The translations under genes and the position numbers were made by a program. From positions 53,589 to 116,991 of the forward strand of contig NMRA01000861.1 of the NCBI GenBank assembly GCA_002633005.1: 63,403 bases of DNA. Reading direction: 5' to 3'. This stretch comes from Phoronis australis (taxonomy: Eukaryota > Animalia > Phoronida). Position 1 is the first letter of the stretch, and each line of letters begins with the position of its first letter. Under the pieces are notes generated by a model. The model saw nothing but the letters and a program-made list of their open reading frames with translations, was not told the origin of the DNA and ran no database searches. Positions 38,017 to 50,805 of this stretch are shown here, piece after piece.

Positions 38017-38206
38017 GATCCGGAAACTGGAGAGGGCCTGAAGGAAACCTCCATGTGACTCCGAGCTGTCTGTAGCCGTCGTAGTAGTACTACTGAACCT
38101 TACAAGTAGAGTATGCTAGATAGTCGTCAGAAAGGTGGTGGTTATTAACATTGACAATTGTTACGATATCTAAAGGAACTTATGAAACTATTGCAGGAAA
38201 AAAACA

Positions 38207-38599
38207 ATGGCCGAACCAATCTACAAAACGTTACCCGCTGTCCGTTTGGACGCCTCAGTGGAAGGGCAGTGGATCGTCTTCCGCGTCGACCCCACGGCGG
38301 ACGCCACTGTGTTGTCACTTGCAGATTTTGCAAGCATACAATACGGGGGTAGTCAGACTCCAAAAGGACTATCGTGCGACAGACAGTCGTGGGGTGGCAC
38401 AAAAGAAAGTGACGCCCAATACGCTCAGGTCTACTATGACCGGAGGGAATGCGTTGCGGATGTGGTCGACATTTTCTCACTGGAAGTGGAGATACAAGGG
38501 AGGACCAAGCATATGCCTGTGGCAGTAGCAAACGTACCGGAGAGCCTGTTGGCGTCTGATTATTTTCAAACGCCGCAGACTCATCCGCTACGGTTATAA
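38207..38599 (+). CDS. Unknown 130-aa ORF4 between env and the 3' LTR
   Basis: Uninterrupted; AAACAATGG start context; ttgcag 11 nt upstream; balanced globular composition; AT-rich UTR follows the stop. Confidence 0.55.
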   Translation: MAEPIYKTLPAVRLDASVEGQWIVFRVDPTADATVLSLADFASIQYGGSQTPKGLSCDRQSWGGTKESDAQYAQVYYDRRECVADVVDIFSLEVEIQGRTKHMPVAVANVPESLLASDYFQTPQTHPLRL

Positions 38600-39069
38600 A
38601 TGATTAAATAATATGTAATTGTAATGTGCTATATTCTTAGTTAGTTTAGTTGGGGTGGCACTTTCATGGTTAATTAATTAGTTACGATATGAGATATTTT
38701 GGTAGATTTGGTTTAAGGGGAACTGTGACTTAGTTATGATTTTAATGGATATAAAGTATAATTGTTCATGTAATAAGGGGTTGGTATAAAGTTCGTTTGG
38801 TAATAGAAACATTCTGTATGTGTGTGTTACATTATATTAATTGTTGTGATAGTTTCTTGTGGTTGATATTTCATTGTGAGATGCTGTTTGTTAACCTGTT
38901 TAACGATCATCTGGAGGCTGACGACTTTCCATGTTTTGTCATTGATTTTTTTTGTGTGTATCTATTGCAGTTGTATGGCGATCACCTGGGTGAAACTTTA
39001 CATTGTCGGAAAATCTACGACTTCCCAAAAATTTATTGTGTAAATGTTTTGGCTTAACAAAAGGGGGAG

Positions 39070-39894
39070 TGTAATATAATGAGACACTGCTCTCCACGTG
39101 TATGTAAACATGTCTTAAAATATTCCCAGGGGATGTTCATACTCCTCCACGTGCATGCAAACATGTCTTAAAACATTCTCAGGGGATGTGTATACTTCAG
39201 TGGTAGTCTAGATTTCTAAAGGATGTACATATCTCTAGAGTGGCAATTATATGGAGATTTCTCACGGGATAGGCACATTCCTGGTGTAGCAAAGAGTGAG
39301 AAGAGTGGCAGTTATGCAAGAATTTTCTATAGGATAGTCAATTAGCTGGTTGTAAGAGAGATGTACTAAAAGAGGTGGGACCATCACGTGATGGCTCCAA
39401 AGGTATTATTTAAGACACTAACAAAGGCAGATCAGTTAGACCGCACCGAACAAGACGACTGAAGTCTTCAAAAACTGCAAAGTCACGATCTCAGCTAGAC
39501 AGTGAACGGCAGGGACACAGGACCGGACGGGAAAAACCACGAATCAAGCACAACCGAGGTATAGACATTTAACACAGGTGTTGGTCTCAGCCTGTCAGTC
39601 AATTCGAACCAGTCTAGCGATTGTTCTAGAGGTTTAGTTCTTTTTGCGACTTGTAGTGTGTTTACATGTGCGGTTGCTATTGGTAACTGGTGACATTGTT
39701 ATTTAATACTTTCTCTAGCAGTGATATCTCTTCTCGTTCAGTTTGTCGTCAGCCTCGCATCTTATTGTAAACTATTGTTTGTTAATCACAACGCTGCAAA
39801 TTAATAGACGTATTTTATTGGTTGAGGTATTTGTGTGTTGTTTTAATTACTACCACGTGCGCGCCATCTGTCGGCCGCAACACGATTCATTACA
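39070..39894 (+). repeat. 3' LTR, 825 bp
   Basis: TGTAAT...ATTACA after the PPT; matches the 5' LTR. Confidence 0.92.
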
Positions 39895-40348
39895 CCACAC
39901 NACCCTCTAGATATTTGCTCTTACACTGTGAATAGGCCGAACCTGTGAGGCTGTATTGTAGCCTGTATGTTTGCAGTAGCCGACAATTAATACAATACTC
40001 AATAGTTTTAAGCCTTGGCTTGGGCTTGGTTGGTAGAGATCATGAGTGAAAACTGAAAGTGAAACTGAGACGTTCTGTGAAATAGGGCAACGCTGTCAAA
40101 ATATTGGTAATATATCTTTCACACCTTGTTTAATATCACCATCGATTCATATGATTCGTTTCTTCCTGAGCTCAGCGCGAGAGCTGATTTACATAATACA
40201 TTTACGAGATATAGCCACACGTCTTGCCCAAAGCAAGTGCACATAATTATCTCCCCTGATATGTGTGTGACTTAGCAAAGACACTTACTCGCTGGTTCCC
40301 TGAGTGCTCAGCCCAGCCAGCACGCAGGTATAACGCAGTGGCACGCGC

Positions 40349-41023
40349 GGCACTAGTCGGATGTAATGGACCCAAACTTATTCCAAATAAATCCACTAAA
40401 TGTTGGTCTAAATGAATGATTTTGGTATCGTTGCATTCCTCAGACATCTGGCTATTCGTACAAATCATTTTCACGACCCTCAATTACTCTAGTCTATAGC
40501 TACGCTGTTCCGAACTCGGTCCACTTTAGCCACGCGCATCGTGAAAACGGCAGCCATTTCAGGGAACTTACTGTATCTAGCGACATCTATCGGCGATTTG
40601 CTACAACATGCGCTGTTCCTTTTTCATCAGTCAATGTCATTGGTCAATATTATTAACGTCAGTCGTTATTAATCATCTGCTTTCGTCATCACCTTCGTCG
40701 TCTCTCTCACGATCGTATCTGTCATCGTCGTCCATGTTGACTGATGAAAAAGGAACAGCGCGTGTTGTAGCAAATCGCCGATAGATGGCGCTAGATATAG
40801 TAAGTTCCCTGAAATGGCTGCCGATTTCACAATGCCCTAACGCTAAAGTGTACCAAGTTCAGAATGGCGTAGTTATAGACTAGAGTAATTGAGGGTCGTG
40901 AAAAGGATTTGTATGGATAGCCAGATGTCTGAGGAATGCAACGATACCAAAATCATTCATTTAGACCTACATTTAGTGGATTTATTTGGAATAAGTTAGG
41001 GTCCATTATATCCGACTAGTGCC
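40349..41023. mobile_element. Foldback MITE with ~285 bp arms (MULE- or Merlin-like)
   Basis: GGCACTAGTCGG...CCGACTAGTGCC; 8-bp TSD GCACGCGC at 40341-40348 and 41024-41031. Confidence 0.85.
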
Positions 41024-42052
41024 GCACGCGCTTTAGCATTGGTCGATGTAACTTCGGCAGTCATTGGTTAGCTTTACAACAACGTGAAAAAATGGCCGGC
41101 TGTGAATGATTTTTAGCCTTGTCATGGAAGTGGCGTCGCAGAAACTATTTCGTTTCTGCAGTGATGTTTAATAGCCGCGTGCTTGAAGCACATACATATA
41201 CAATAAACACACATCTAGCCGATTTAACCGGTGTGTTATTCATACTGTATGAATACAGGACACTATCGTAAACAAAAGTCATCGACAGTGCATCTCGAAA
41301 AGGCGCAATTACAATTTCTAGGCTTCACATTTCCTGAACATAAATTTTAAGCACCCGATTTGTCTGCACAACAGACCACATTTACACTTCAGTCCATCAG
41401 TCATACCAGTTTGTTTGCGTAAACCGCTGCCTGTTGAGAATTTGACTAGCCAATCAGAAACGCCGGTGTAAAAAAATTTACCGAGGAAAATTAAGGGATT
41501 ACCGCCCCACCTAGCGGCACGCAGGGAACCAGCGAGAGACACTTACAGCATGAATAATGAGAAAAATAACCTCGAAAGTGATAGAAAAGTAATCAAATGT
41601 GCTTTTACTAAGAAAAAATCGCATAAAAAACGTCCAAACAGGTTCACTTTGTAAGAAACTCGAGATAAATTTGGCTAAAATCACAAGCAAGCTTACACAT
41701 GGCTTCTGTGAGCTCTTCTGTCGCTGGCTTCTGCGGAAATATTGTTTGCAAATAACATACTCTTCGATTAAAAATCCAAATTAATTTGTGTCTGTTTTAC
41801 CACAAAGAGCACAAAAATGATTCAAAACACACATTGTGGGATTACAAATAAATCTTTCAAAGTTTTTAGTATTCCGTAAGTCATATAATTTTATTGTAGA
41901 TTTCTGTTCGTTAGGTGAGTTATAGCGGTTCAAGCTCCTCGTAAACTTCCGACTGTCACTCGAGCGGTCAGCGGTCGTCGAGTTATAACCTCCACTGACA
42001 GAAGGTTGTTGTTGTTGTATCTACAAGTTTGTTCGCTTGTTTGCTAACCACG

Positions 42053-42371
42053 ATGATCCCGCATTATTCAGGAGTAGCCTACTTCACAGCAGCCGTTGTT
42101 GTTATATTGACTGCTATTGTAATGTTTTTCTACTCAAGGCAGAAAAATGCTACTGTCTGTGAAACGAACGCCAACGTGACGATGAATTCACGAAAGAGTG
42201 AGTTAGAGACTAAGTATCAAGCTGAGAGTGAGAGTTCAACCGCGAGAAAGCCTTTGATAGTCTCAACAGAGGACGCTAAAAAGATTACCAAACTTTGTGA
42301 TAAGGAATGTAAAAATCTGAGAGGACCCGCAAATGGCGATTCTAACTGTGAATTTATTGAGGATAAATCAG
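42053..42371 (+). CDS. Candidate first coding exon of an N-terminally membrane-anchored protein
   Basis: Upstream ACTTCCG and CpG-rich leader; MIPHYSG-VAYFTAAVVVILTAIVMFFY-SRQK; donor CAG|gtaggc. Confidence 0.6.
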
Positions 42372-42535
42372 GTAGGCCTACCCAATTGTTAATTTACTTC
42401 CTAAGAAAACAACCAACACTTGCAGTAATTTGTATTATCTTAGATCCGGTCAAATTGTGGTAATGGTGTCAAATACGGCACCCAACGTACTTCTGTTTTT
42501 CCCATTAATTACACCTTTTTGGGTAAATAAAGTTA

Positions 42536-43334
42536 CTGTCAGAGGTCCTAAAGTCGTGAGTGCCCTAAAGTCGTGAACGATCTTATTTCCTCGGTCCTGC
42601 GACATCTGGCGTTGAAGTTTCCAGCGTTCGTCTGCTTGCGAATGTCAAACGAACACCAGGATGTGTTGGTATTCACAATATGTTAACAAACAGTGAGTGC
42701 GTGGCTTCTTTTTAAAAATGTATTATAAAAACAGCATATTTCACTAATCCACTTTTTTGTGCATTATTGGGATATATTTTCGAAAATATTCATCGTTCAG
42801 ATTTACTCAAACACGAGCTCCAGAGGTAGCTTGAACAATGTATCAAAATGTCCCAGGGTCGATAAAGTTTTGTAAGGCCAAAGCAATAAAATACAGAAAG
42901 ATAATTGATGCTGGGTCCTTAGCGTTTTACGTGAACAACCTCATTGAAAACGTCTGTGCACATCAAAGTTGGGTGCAAAACATATAACAATTTATTTCAA
43001 TTGCAACTGAATTAATAAACAATGCAATGCATTTTTATGTCATCTAGAGTAACTATACGCACTGTAGTTGACTTGTGTGGTCTTACCTCGTGTATTTGCG
43101 TCTAACCGAAACGGTCACGACTTTAGGGCCTCATTCAAAATGGCCGGCGATATCAGCGACCGTTTCAAATCTCTGCTTACGGAGACAAACAAGGATTAAG
43201 ATTGTCAAAAGACGTATAGTTGTGAAGGTTGATATATGTCCATGACATCACATGAGCAGTTGCTAACGGACATTGGGTAGTATGACAATCAGCATTTATT
43301 ATGCTTCTATTCACGACTTTAGGTCACCGGTGTG
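42536..43334. mobile_element. Tc1/mariner-like MITE
   Basis: TA at both flanks; CCTAAAGTCGTGA twice at the left end and TCACGACTTTAGG twice toward the right end. Confidence 0.6.
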
Positions 43335-43482
43335 TAATATCTTGGGTACCAATGCTTTCTAGGCAAATTCTATACTCCCCTTGCGATGTTATTTTTGCTT
43401 TAAAACAGCCAGTTTTGCTCAAATACGAACGAATTTCCCGTACTCAATTCTCTCCTGTACTGACGCCATCTTTTGAAAATAA

Positions 43483-45222
43483 GAGAACGCACGTCGTGTA
43501 AATAACCACCAAATGACTACGAGATTGTTTACTCAGACTTATACTAAACCACCGTGTAGGCTGCAGTATTACCCAGTTCGCTGAATAAGATGATTTAGTG
43601 GTCCCCACCAGCCACACACTACATAGGATTAATTTAACTCCAATTAAAACGTATGGTCACATGGATAAATTTTATCCGCTTGGACCACAAAGTTGAACGT
43701 GGTCATCGTGTATGAAATATGTCCGCCGACCACGCTGCTGATGGTCGTATGAACGAAACATTGTCTCCAGACCTCAAGGCAAGCACTATTCGTCGGGACC
43801 ACGCCTTCTTCAACATAGGCCTACTTATAGCACGTGGTCGTTTGGACGAAAAATGACCGCCCGACCACAAGCGATCTGCCGACTCGAAAAATCGTGTCAG
43901 GTCAGTAGGGATGAAAATTGATTGCCCCGACCACCCTCTCTAAATCGCTTAAAGCGCGTGGTCGTATAGTAAAAAATATCCGTCGGGACCACGCCTTCTT
44001 GCGCGTGGTCGATTGGATGAAAAATGACCGCCTGACCACAAGCGATCTGAGACTCGAGAAAAATCGTGTCAGGTCAGTAGGAATGAAAATTGACTGCCCG
44101 GACCACCCTCTCTAAATTGTTTAAAGCGCGTGGTCGTAGAGTAAAAAAATATCCGTCGGGACCACGCCTTCTTTAACATAAGCCTACTTATAGCGCATGG
44201 TCGTTTGGACGAAAAATGACCGCCCGACCACAAGCGATCTGAGACTCAACAAAATCGTGTCCGGTCAATATGGACGAAAATTAAAAGCCCATACCACCCT
44301 CTCTAAATCCATAATACAGAGCGACGAATTTGCAAGCTATAGAGGGATTGCCAATATACCGGTGAATCCGCCGTACATTCCTTTAACTGTTAATCACTCG
44401 GTGAATTTCGTCAATCCTGTCAATGGCGCAACAACGAATAACGTGGAAAACTTTTGGAAAAACGCAGAGACGACTAAAAGCTATGTCAGGCATGGGCGAT
44501 GAGCAATTGCTAAGCCATCTCGACGAGTTCATGTGGCGTGGGGAACAAGAACAAACATCCAGTGCTGCTTTTTTCAATATACTGCACCACATATCAGTAA
44601 TGTATCCGATGCCGTGAAGAAAAGCAGGACGTACATACATAATTATATACTTGGCGTGCCTCCAGGAATATTTTTGTGATTTTAGTGATTAATTGTGTTA
44701 ACGAACTCTGTATTATTGTCTTTGGTAAATACACTATACTCTATATTATCGTAAATACTCTATATTATTGTCTATTTTAGTCAATATAATTCTTAAACAT
44801 TTATCGGGCCTAATTTTCTCAGAACAATTCATGCTCGCACCCAGCCTTCAATATGGCTTAATATTGAATTGCCCACGTTGTGGACCTTTCAATAACAAAA
44901 GAGCGGTGGACTAAAAAAAGTATTAGAAGAGGGAGCACCACTGTGAATTGCACATTTGCGCTTATTTAATGGAGTTTTGTGAGCATGCAATTTGCCTAGC
45001 ACATACATTTAATGGCCGTGAGCCACGCGCTTTAAGGGCCTTGGAGAAGGTGTGGTCCCGACGTACATTTTTTTACCAGACGACCACGTACTTTAATTGA
45101 CTCAGAGAGCATAGTAGAGGCTTTAATTTTTTGTCGGTACCGACCCGATGCAATTTTGCTCAAGTCTCAGATCGCTTGTGGTCGGGCGGACATTTTTCCT
45201 CCATGTACACGACGTAGTTGTC
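43483..45222 (+). mobile_element. Merlin (IS1595/ISXO2-like) deleted element; boundaries approximate
   Basis: ~44305-44617 SDEFASY...VNHSVNFVNP..G.TTNNVENFW, then after a frameshift HLDEFMWR; arrays of GTGGTCG/CGACCAC and ~160-180 bp tandem units; ACGTCGTGTA inverted at the ends. Confidence 0.75.
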
Positions 45223-45802
45223 ATCCACAGGTGGCGCAATAATACAACCACATTCAAACATGGCGTCTCCGCAAGTTCATTGAGTTAGAAAAATTTGCTG
45301 ATATTACGACTGCATGTTGGAAGTTGGGAGAAGTATTAACACTGCAAGATAGAAGAAAATAGTCATTTCATATATTCGACCCACATATGTGAGTATTTAT
45401 AAGGAAAAACAGAAATACGCTGGGTGCCGTATTTGACACCATTACCCAAATTGTATCTTCACAAGTGACATTTTTCAGACAAAAAACATAGCAGCTGAAA
45501 ACTAATGCCAAGCGACCATTTCTTTGGTGACTGGGTTTTAGCTTCATTTCTTATCATTTATGCTTCTCTTTCTTGTAAATTGTCTCTTTTCCCAAATATT
45601 TAGGGTATTCCTGCGAAATGTCGCAACATGTTGTTTGGTAGTTCTATCTAGGTGAGCTGACTTATGGATGAGACATTCTCACCACCCAGTGACTGAAACT
45701 TTGTTCACAAAAATGCAGGGTTAATTAACTGTAAGTTAATGTTACACTGCTACTGGAGCTTCTTTCGATTTCGCTAAACATGCATTAATGATACAGTGTT
45801 AA

Positions 45803-47114
45803 AGGCGAAGGCAACCTTTTTACATGTCACTTTTAGCAAAAATAAGGTTTGTTGCTTATCCCAGACACATTTTTCACTTAGTTACCGCTTTTCGTAATTT
45901 GATTAATTTCTCGTCCTCTACTCCGGAAGTGACATTTTGGGAGGCAAGAGTTTTGCGCCAATTTCTTTTCATTATAGTCTGACTGTGAGAACTGTCGAGT
46001 CAATCATTGTTCTACCTCGGTTGTGATAAGTTCGGTAGTTGTTTGCTTTTGTTTACAAGTCAGTCAACATGCCACACTGTTGCTGCGTGCCGGGATGTAC
46101 TCATTATCATCTCACGCGCTTTGGGTACCCTGCGTCGCTTTCCGAAAGATGACACTCTTCGCCGTACTTGGCTAGCTCGTTCATGTGAAGAACGCAGCTC
46201 TACCCGTCCACGCAACATACAAATTAGTGGAGGGTTACCGAGTGTGTGGCAAGTATTTTCTGCCGTCGGATTACGACAGAGATATGTACGCTGAATTGAT
46301 GAAGGTCCCTGCGAAACAACGCCCGAAGAAGTGTACCATACTGTCGCTGTTGATTCCCGGCAGTGCCCCATTGCCAACCCCGTGAAGTGCGTTTTTGAAG
46401 CGAGAAGCCTTGCGAGCTGTGGCCACAATATACAATGACTGGAGGCACTTCATCTACTGTCACCCGTGCCTCGGAACGTACCACATTGCGTGCAATTACG
46501 GGAACTAGCAGTGATTCGCCCTGTGCTGTTGTCTCTAGACCAGAGCCTGTAAGCAGCCCTGCAGCGATGTCGAGTAGTGTGAGTGAATACAGGCCCAGTT
46601 CGACATCCAGTGAAGAGGGCAGTTTGTCATCCGTCAATGAACAGATCGGTGAGCCTAAGTTTGATAAGTTTATTGAAGACTTGTATTGGAGCTATTTAGA
46701 AGGTGCCAGGTGTGTGGCGAGGGAGTCACACGGCGGGATGTAAGCAGTTTGGGTGCTCAGATCACCCTCCAATGGGAGTGTGTCGCGGGACAGTTCTTCC
46801 TCTGTACATGAGATGATAATGAGTACACCCCAGTACGCAGCAACAGCGTGGCATGTAGACTGACTCGTAAGCAAAAGCAAAGAACAACCAAACTTATTAC
46901 AACCGAGGTGGAACAATGACTGACTCGACTGCTCTCACAGTCAGACTATACGAAAAGAAATTGGCGCGAAATTCTTGCCTCCCAAAACGTCACTTTCGGA
47001 GTAGGCCACGAGTAATTAATTAAATTACGAAAAGCAGTAAACACGTGACAAAATATGTCTGTGATAATCAACGAACCTTTTTTTTGCTAAAAATGACATG
47101 AAAAGAGGTTGCCT
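45803..47114 (+). mobile_element. Kolobok family B derivative with ~310 bp inverted arms and a THAP remnant
   Basis: TTAA-AGGCGAAGGCAACC start; MPHCCCVPGC / RFPKDDTLRRTWL / RVCGKYF..LIPGSAP across frameshifts; right end clipped at GGTTGCCT. Confidence 0.75.
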
Positions 47115-47533
47115 GTCAGACGATTGACTGTGGGTTTGTTTAAAAGGTAGCTATGCTTTGAGATTGCGCGTAGATGGAGAGTGAGTAATCAAATCCAGTA
47201 ATTAATTTATTACATGATAACCCCTAATTAGATAAATGAAACCTATTGTTAATTAAGTAATCAACTACAAAGAGTAACTACACTAGCACCCTCTTTAAAG
47301 ATTACTTTAATCAAACAACCAAAACAATCAAATGTCTTATCTGCTATCCAAGCTAGGATTCTCCACTTGTTGGATGTTTGTCCTGTTAGTGAATCTTCGA
47401 ACTGCACACACTGTATAGCAACAGTGTACTTGCTGGTCACTGTCTCTGGTGATGCAACACTTGCAGGCAATTTCTTCTACCCGTGATTCTTCTTGCTGGT
47501 CACAGTCTCTGGCTGATGATGCAACACTTCTGA

Positions 47534-48750
47534 CAGGGCTCAACGTTAACTTTTTAAGCCATTTGCCCTTTGGGCAAGTAGTTGAAATTTTTACTTGCCC
47601 GAACAACAAATTCACTTGCCCCAAGTACAATCCCAAATAGCACCGTGCATGTGCACACCTAGGTAATGTGTTACCGTAGGGCTGCAAATTAAAAGAGTAA
47701 CTACTATGGTATCTGAACCATTGCCTCACGTTCACAGGCGCCGAAATGAGCTAGGACATGAACTCTAGACACTTCTGTGTATTCTTCAATTTATACGCCC
47801 TCATGCATTAAAGTTTGTGTTGTTGCTTAACCTGAATTTGAATTTTTGCTATCCGTAAAAATCTTGAACAGTTTTGGTCATCGGTACCTTGTATTAAATT
47901 AAAATCAAATTTTAACATATAATAATGCCACATATAATTTTATTTTCAATAAATAATTATATTTTTGAAAAATATATATACCGTTCAGAGCGACAATCTG
48001 GAGTCACCACCGGGAGCTGGGCATTCATAAGAATTTCCTTAGGAATTCCCCCTGAATAAATGGCAGGCCTTTAAAACTGCTGTGTAGTGTAGAAAATATG
48101 TGGTCAATCATTCACTTTTTAGTTTTTGCGCTTATCTGTATGACTTAATCCTCCAACGAACACAGTGCTTCCAGCTGTGCATGAGTAAACGCCGGCAAAA
48201 ATCACACGTTATCCCTTGTTCACTGTCTCGCAGGCCAGGAAACCTAATTTCCCATGACGGAACCCATCCCCGCACTCTTTTCGTTTCATTTTGTTGCTTT
48301 GATTCTTCCTGAACTCGTTTTTTAGCAACTAAACCAATGCCGTCCAGGCCTGGACGGCTTCCTTGTTTGGACGTTTTGCCAGTGTGCAGATGATCAGTAG
48401 TATCACGTAACAACTTATTCAGAAACTGCAGGGCACGTTCAGAGAATCGAAAGGATTTGACCGCAGGCGTCATCTGTGTACGCTGCATCACACTTGTTCT
48501 ATTTTCCTTTCGGCGCTCATTCGAAAACGGAAGATTCTTTGACGGCCACAGGGGCTTTTTCGACGGTTTATAGGCTTGTGTCGGGGTTCGTTACTTTGGA
48601 ACAAATGTCGAGCCCGCAGACAATCTTAGGATCTAATTGCCTATGTGGCCAGCTTTTTAACTTGCCCATCGGGCAAGTACTTTTCAAATTCCACTTGCCC
48701 AACGCAAAATCTACATGTACACGGGCAATCGGGCAACCGTTAGTGTTACT
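47534..48750. mobile_element. hAT-like non-autonomous element, right end degraded
   Basis: CAGGGCTCAACGTTAAC start; CTTGCCC/GGGCAAG subterminal clusters at both ends. Confidence 0.45.
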
Positions 48751-50805
48751 ACCCACACCCACAATGCAAGTGACAAGCTCTTAGTTAACTTCCTGTTCGT
48801 TAACCCTTGCCCTTGCCAAGATCCTTTCTAGAATCTTCCACGAGATGGCTCTGTTGTACAATTGCTTCTGTATACCGTAGCAAGTCTTTATGCTTCAACT
48901 ACTATAGCGCATCTAATTATCTTGTTGATTTCAGCCTATAATATAACCTTCTACTTATTTAGCGATTGGCTAATAAAAACCGCATGATCATATCCACTCA
49001 TATTATTGGCTGTTACAATTTGTTCTCAGAATTTTTTAGAATCTCTAGAGTACTTTGACCCCAGAACCCAAAGTTGTAAACACCATCTAAAAGTAGTTTT
49101 TACATTAAAATACATGTCAACAAGTCTGACCCCATGATTTAAAAGTACACATGCACAAATTTTGGGCAACTTGAAATGGATCTATTCTTACTGATTACTT
49201 AATCAATATTTATTCTGACATTGCCTTCATCTTTAAAAAAGAGATAACTACTATCAGGAAGAGATAACCAGGAAGGGACAACTGTTTTAGCGCATTTTAA
49301 CGTGGTTTCAAAAGTGATTTCAAAAGTAAATGTTGAAGTCGTCTGGAATCCAAGCATTGTGTTTGAAAGCTTAACTCTTTAGCTATAAAATGACACCACT
49401 TTGGTTCCCAAAGACTGCACATTAATGGCACTAGGGTGCTTTGAACATGACTTGTTTTACCCTTCTAAAAGATGCCTCTTCCCAGGCATGTACTCGGGCA
49501 TGATCCTCTTTCTTGAACCAACAGATGTCACGAATATATGCAAATGAGGCTCGCATCTCCTACGTCATATGACGTCATACAACGCAAACTTCCAATTTGA
49601 ACCCTCGGGTGACTATAGTGAATGACTTGAAACGCAGTTCTACCTGATTGGACAGATCTAAGAAAATTAAGAACTCACTCAAGTCAATGTTCAAAGAACA
49701 TTGTGTATGGTTTCACATGAAAATACATTTAATTGTATTTAGATACGCTTGCATGTGTGTGAGCGTGGACTTTGTCATTTTGCTTAAATCCAGATTTAGA
49801 AGCAGGTGTTAGTCAAGAAATTAGCTGCTCCTGCCGCGGTGGCCGGTGTCGTGGTGCCCGAGTCACCGAGAAGTCTGATCCATGCACGCGCAATTCGACG
49901 AACTAATGCTAGTCGCTGGTCAGCTCCGCTATGATTCATTTGAGACGTGCAGCTTAACTCGTACCCGTGTCCTGGCTCCAAGGTCATTTTGTTGCCAGTT
50001 TCGGGAAAAGTTCATTTTAATACGGTCATTTCCTGAAGATTTTTTTGAAAGATATGATCCCGAAATCCTTGGCCTATAGACCTGTATCAAAATTCCTTGT
50101 TGAAACACGGCCACTGGTCCAGCTTCTGCCGGGCGGCTGGGGAAAATGCTATGGAACGCATGTCCCAACAATGCACACACTCCAACCCCTGCAGTTCAAG
50201 TTCTTTTCCCGTCAATCACAGTGCGCGGATTCTACACGGGCAGCCTACTGTATGACTACACCTTATTTTTAACAAGGTGCGTCACTGAGTCACGATGTGT
50301 CCAGCCTTTGCAGTATGCACAGGAATGTCAAGCAAACGATTCGGTTTAGAAGAACCTACTGGGAACTACAAGCATCAAGGAAATGCAAAGACAATCTTTC
50401 CAAATTTATGAGCAATGACTTGAACTTCTTTTTCGATCTGATCTACGGTTTGTAAATTTTTAGTGTAGTTTTTAATTCAATACATTCATGAATATCACTG
50501 TTATTTAGTGTCCTTCTTTGCGATATGGTGGTCTGATGATGGATCGAATTTTTGCAAATCAGCCTTCAGCCTTCAACTAAGTTCAGTGACGCATCGCCAT
50601 TTCTTACAAGACAGTTTCTGTGCTGTGCACGAATGTTTTGTGTTTATGGTGAGTTTGGAATCTCAACTTCCCCTCGTGAGTAGTTGGCAGTGTCATGTCG
50701 GAGGTGTATAGAGGGCGCAGCACTGAAAAAAGTGGGAGCTAAAGCCCCCTCAGCCCCCCTGTAACGCACCGCCTATGGACCACTGAAAAACTTGGACTGA
50801 ATTAA

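Larger units (their letters stand above)
30412..39894 (+). mobile_element. Envelope-bearing Ty3/Gypsy (errantivirus-like) provirus
   Basis: Two LTRs (TGTAA...TTACA), PPT AAAAGGGGGAG before 39070, flanks CCAT/CCAC (4-bp TSD with 1 mismatch), order gag-PR-RT-RH-IN-env. Confidence 0.95.
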
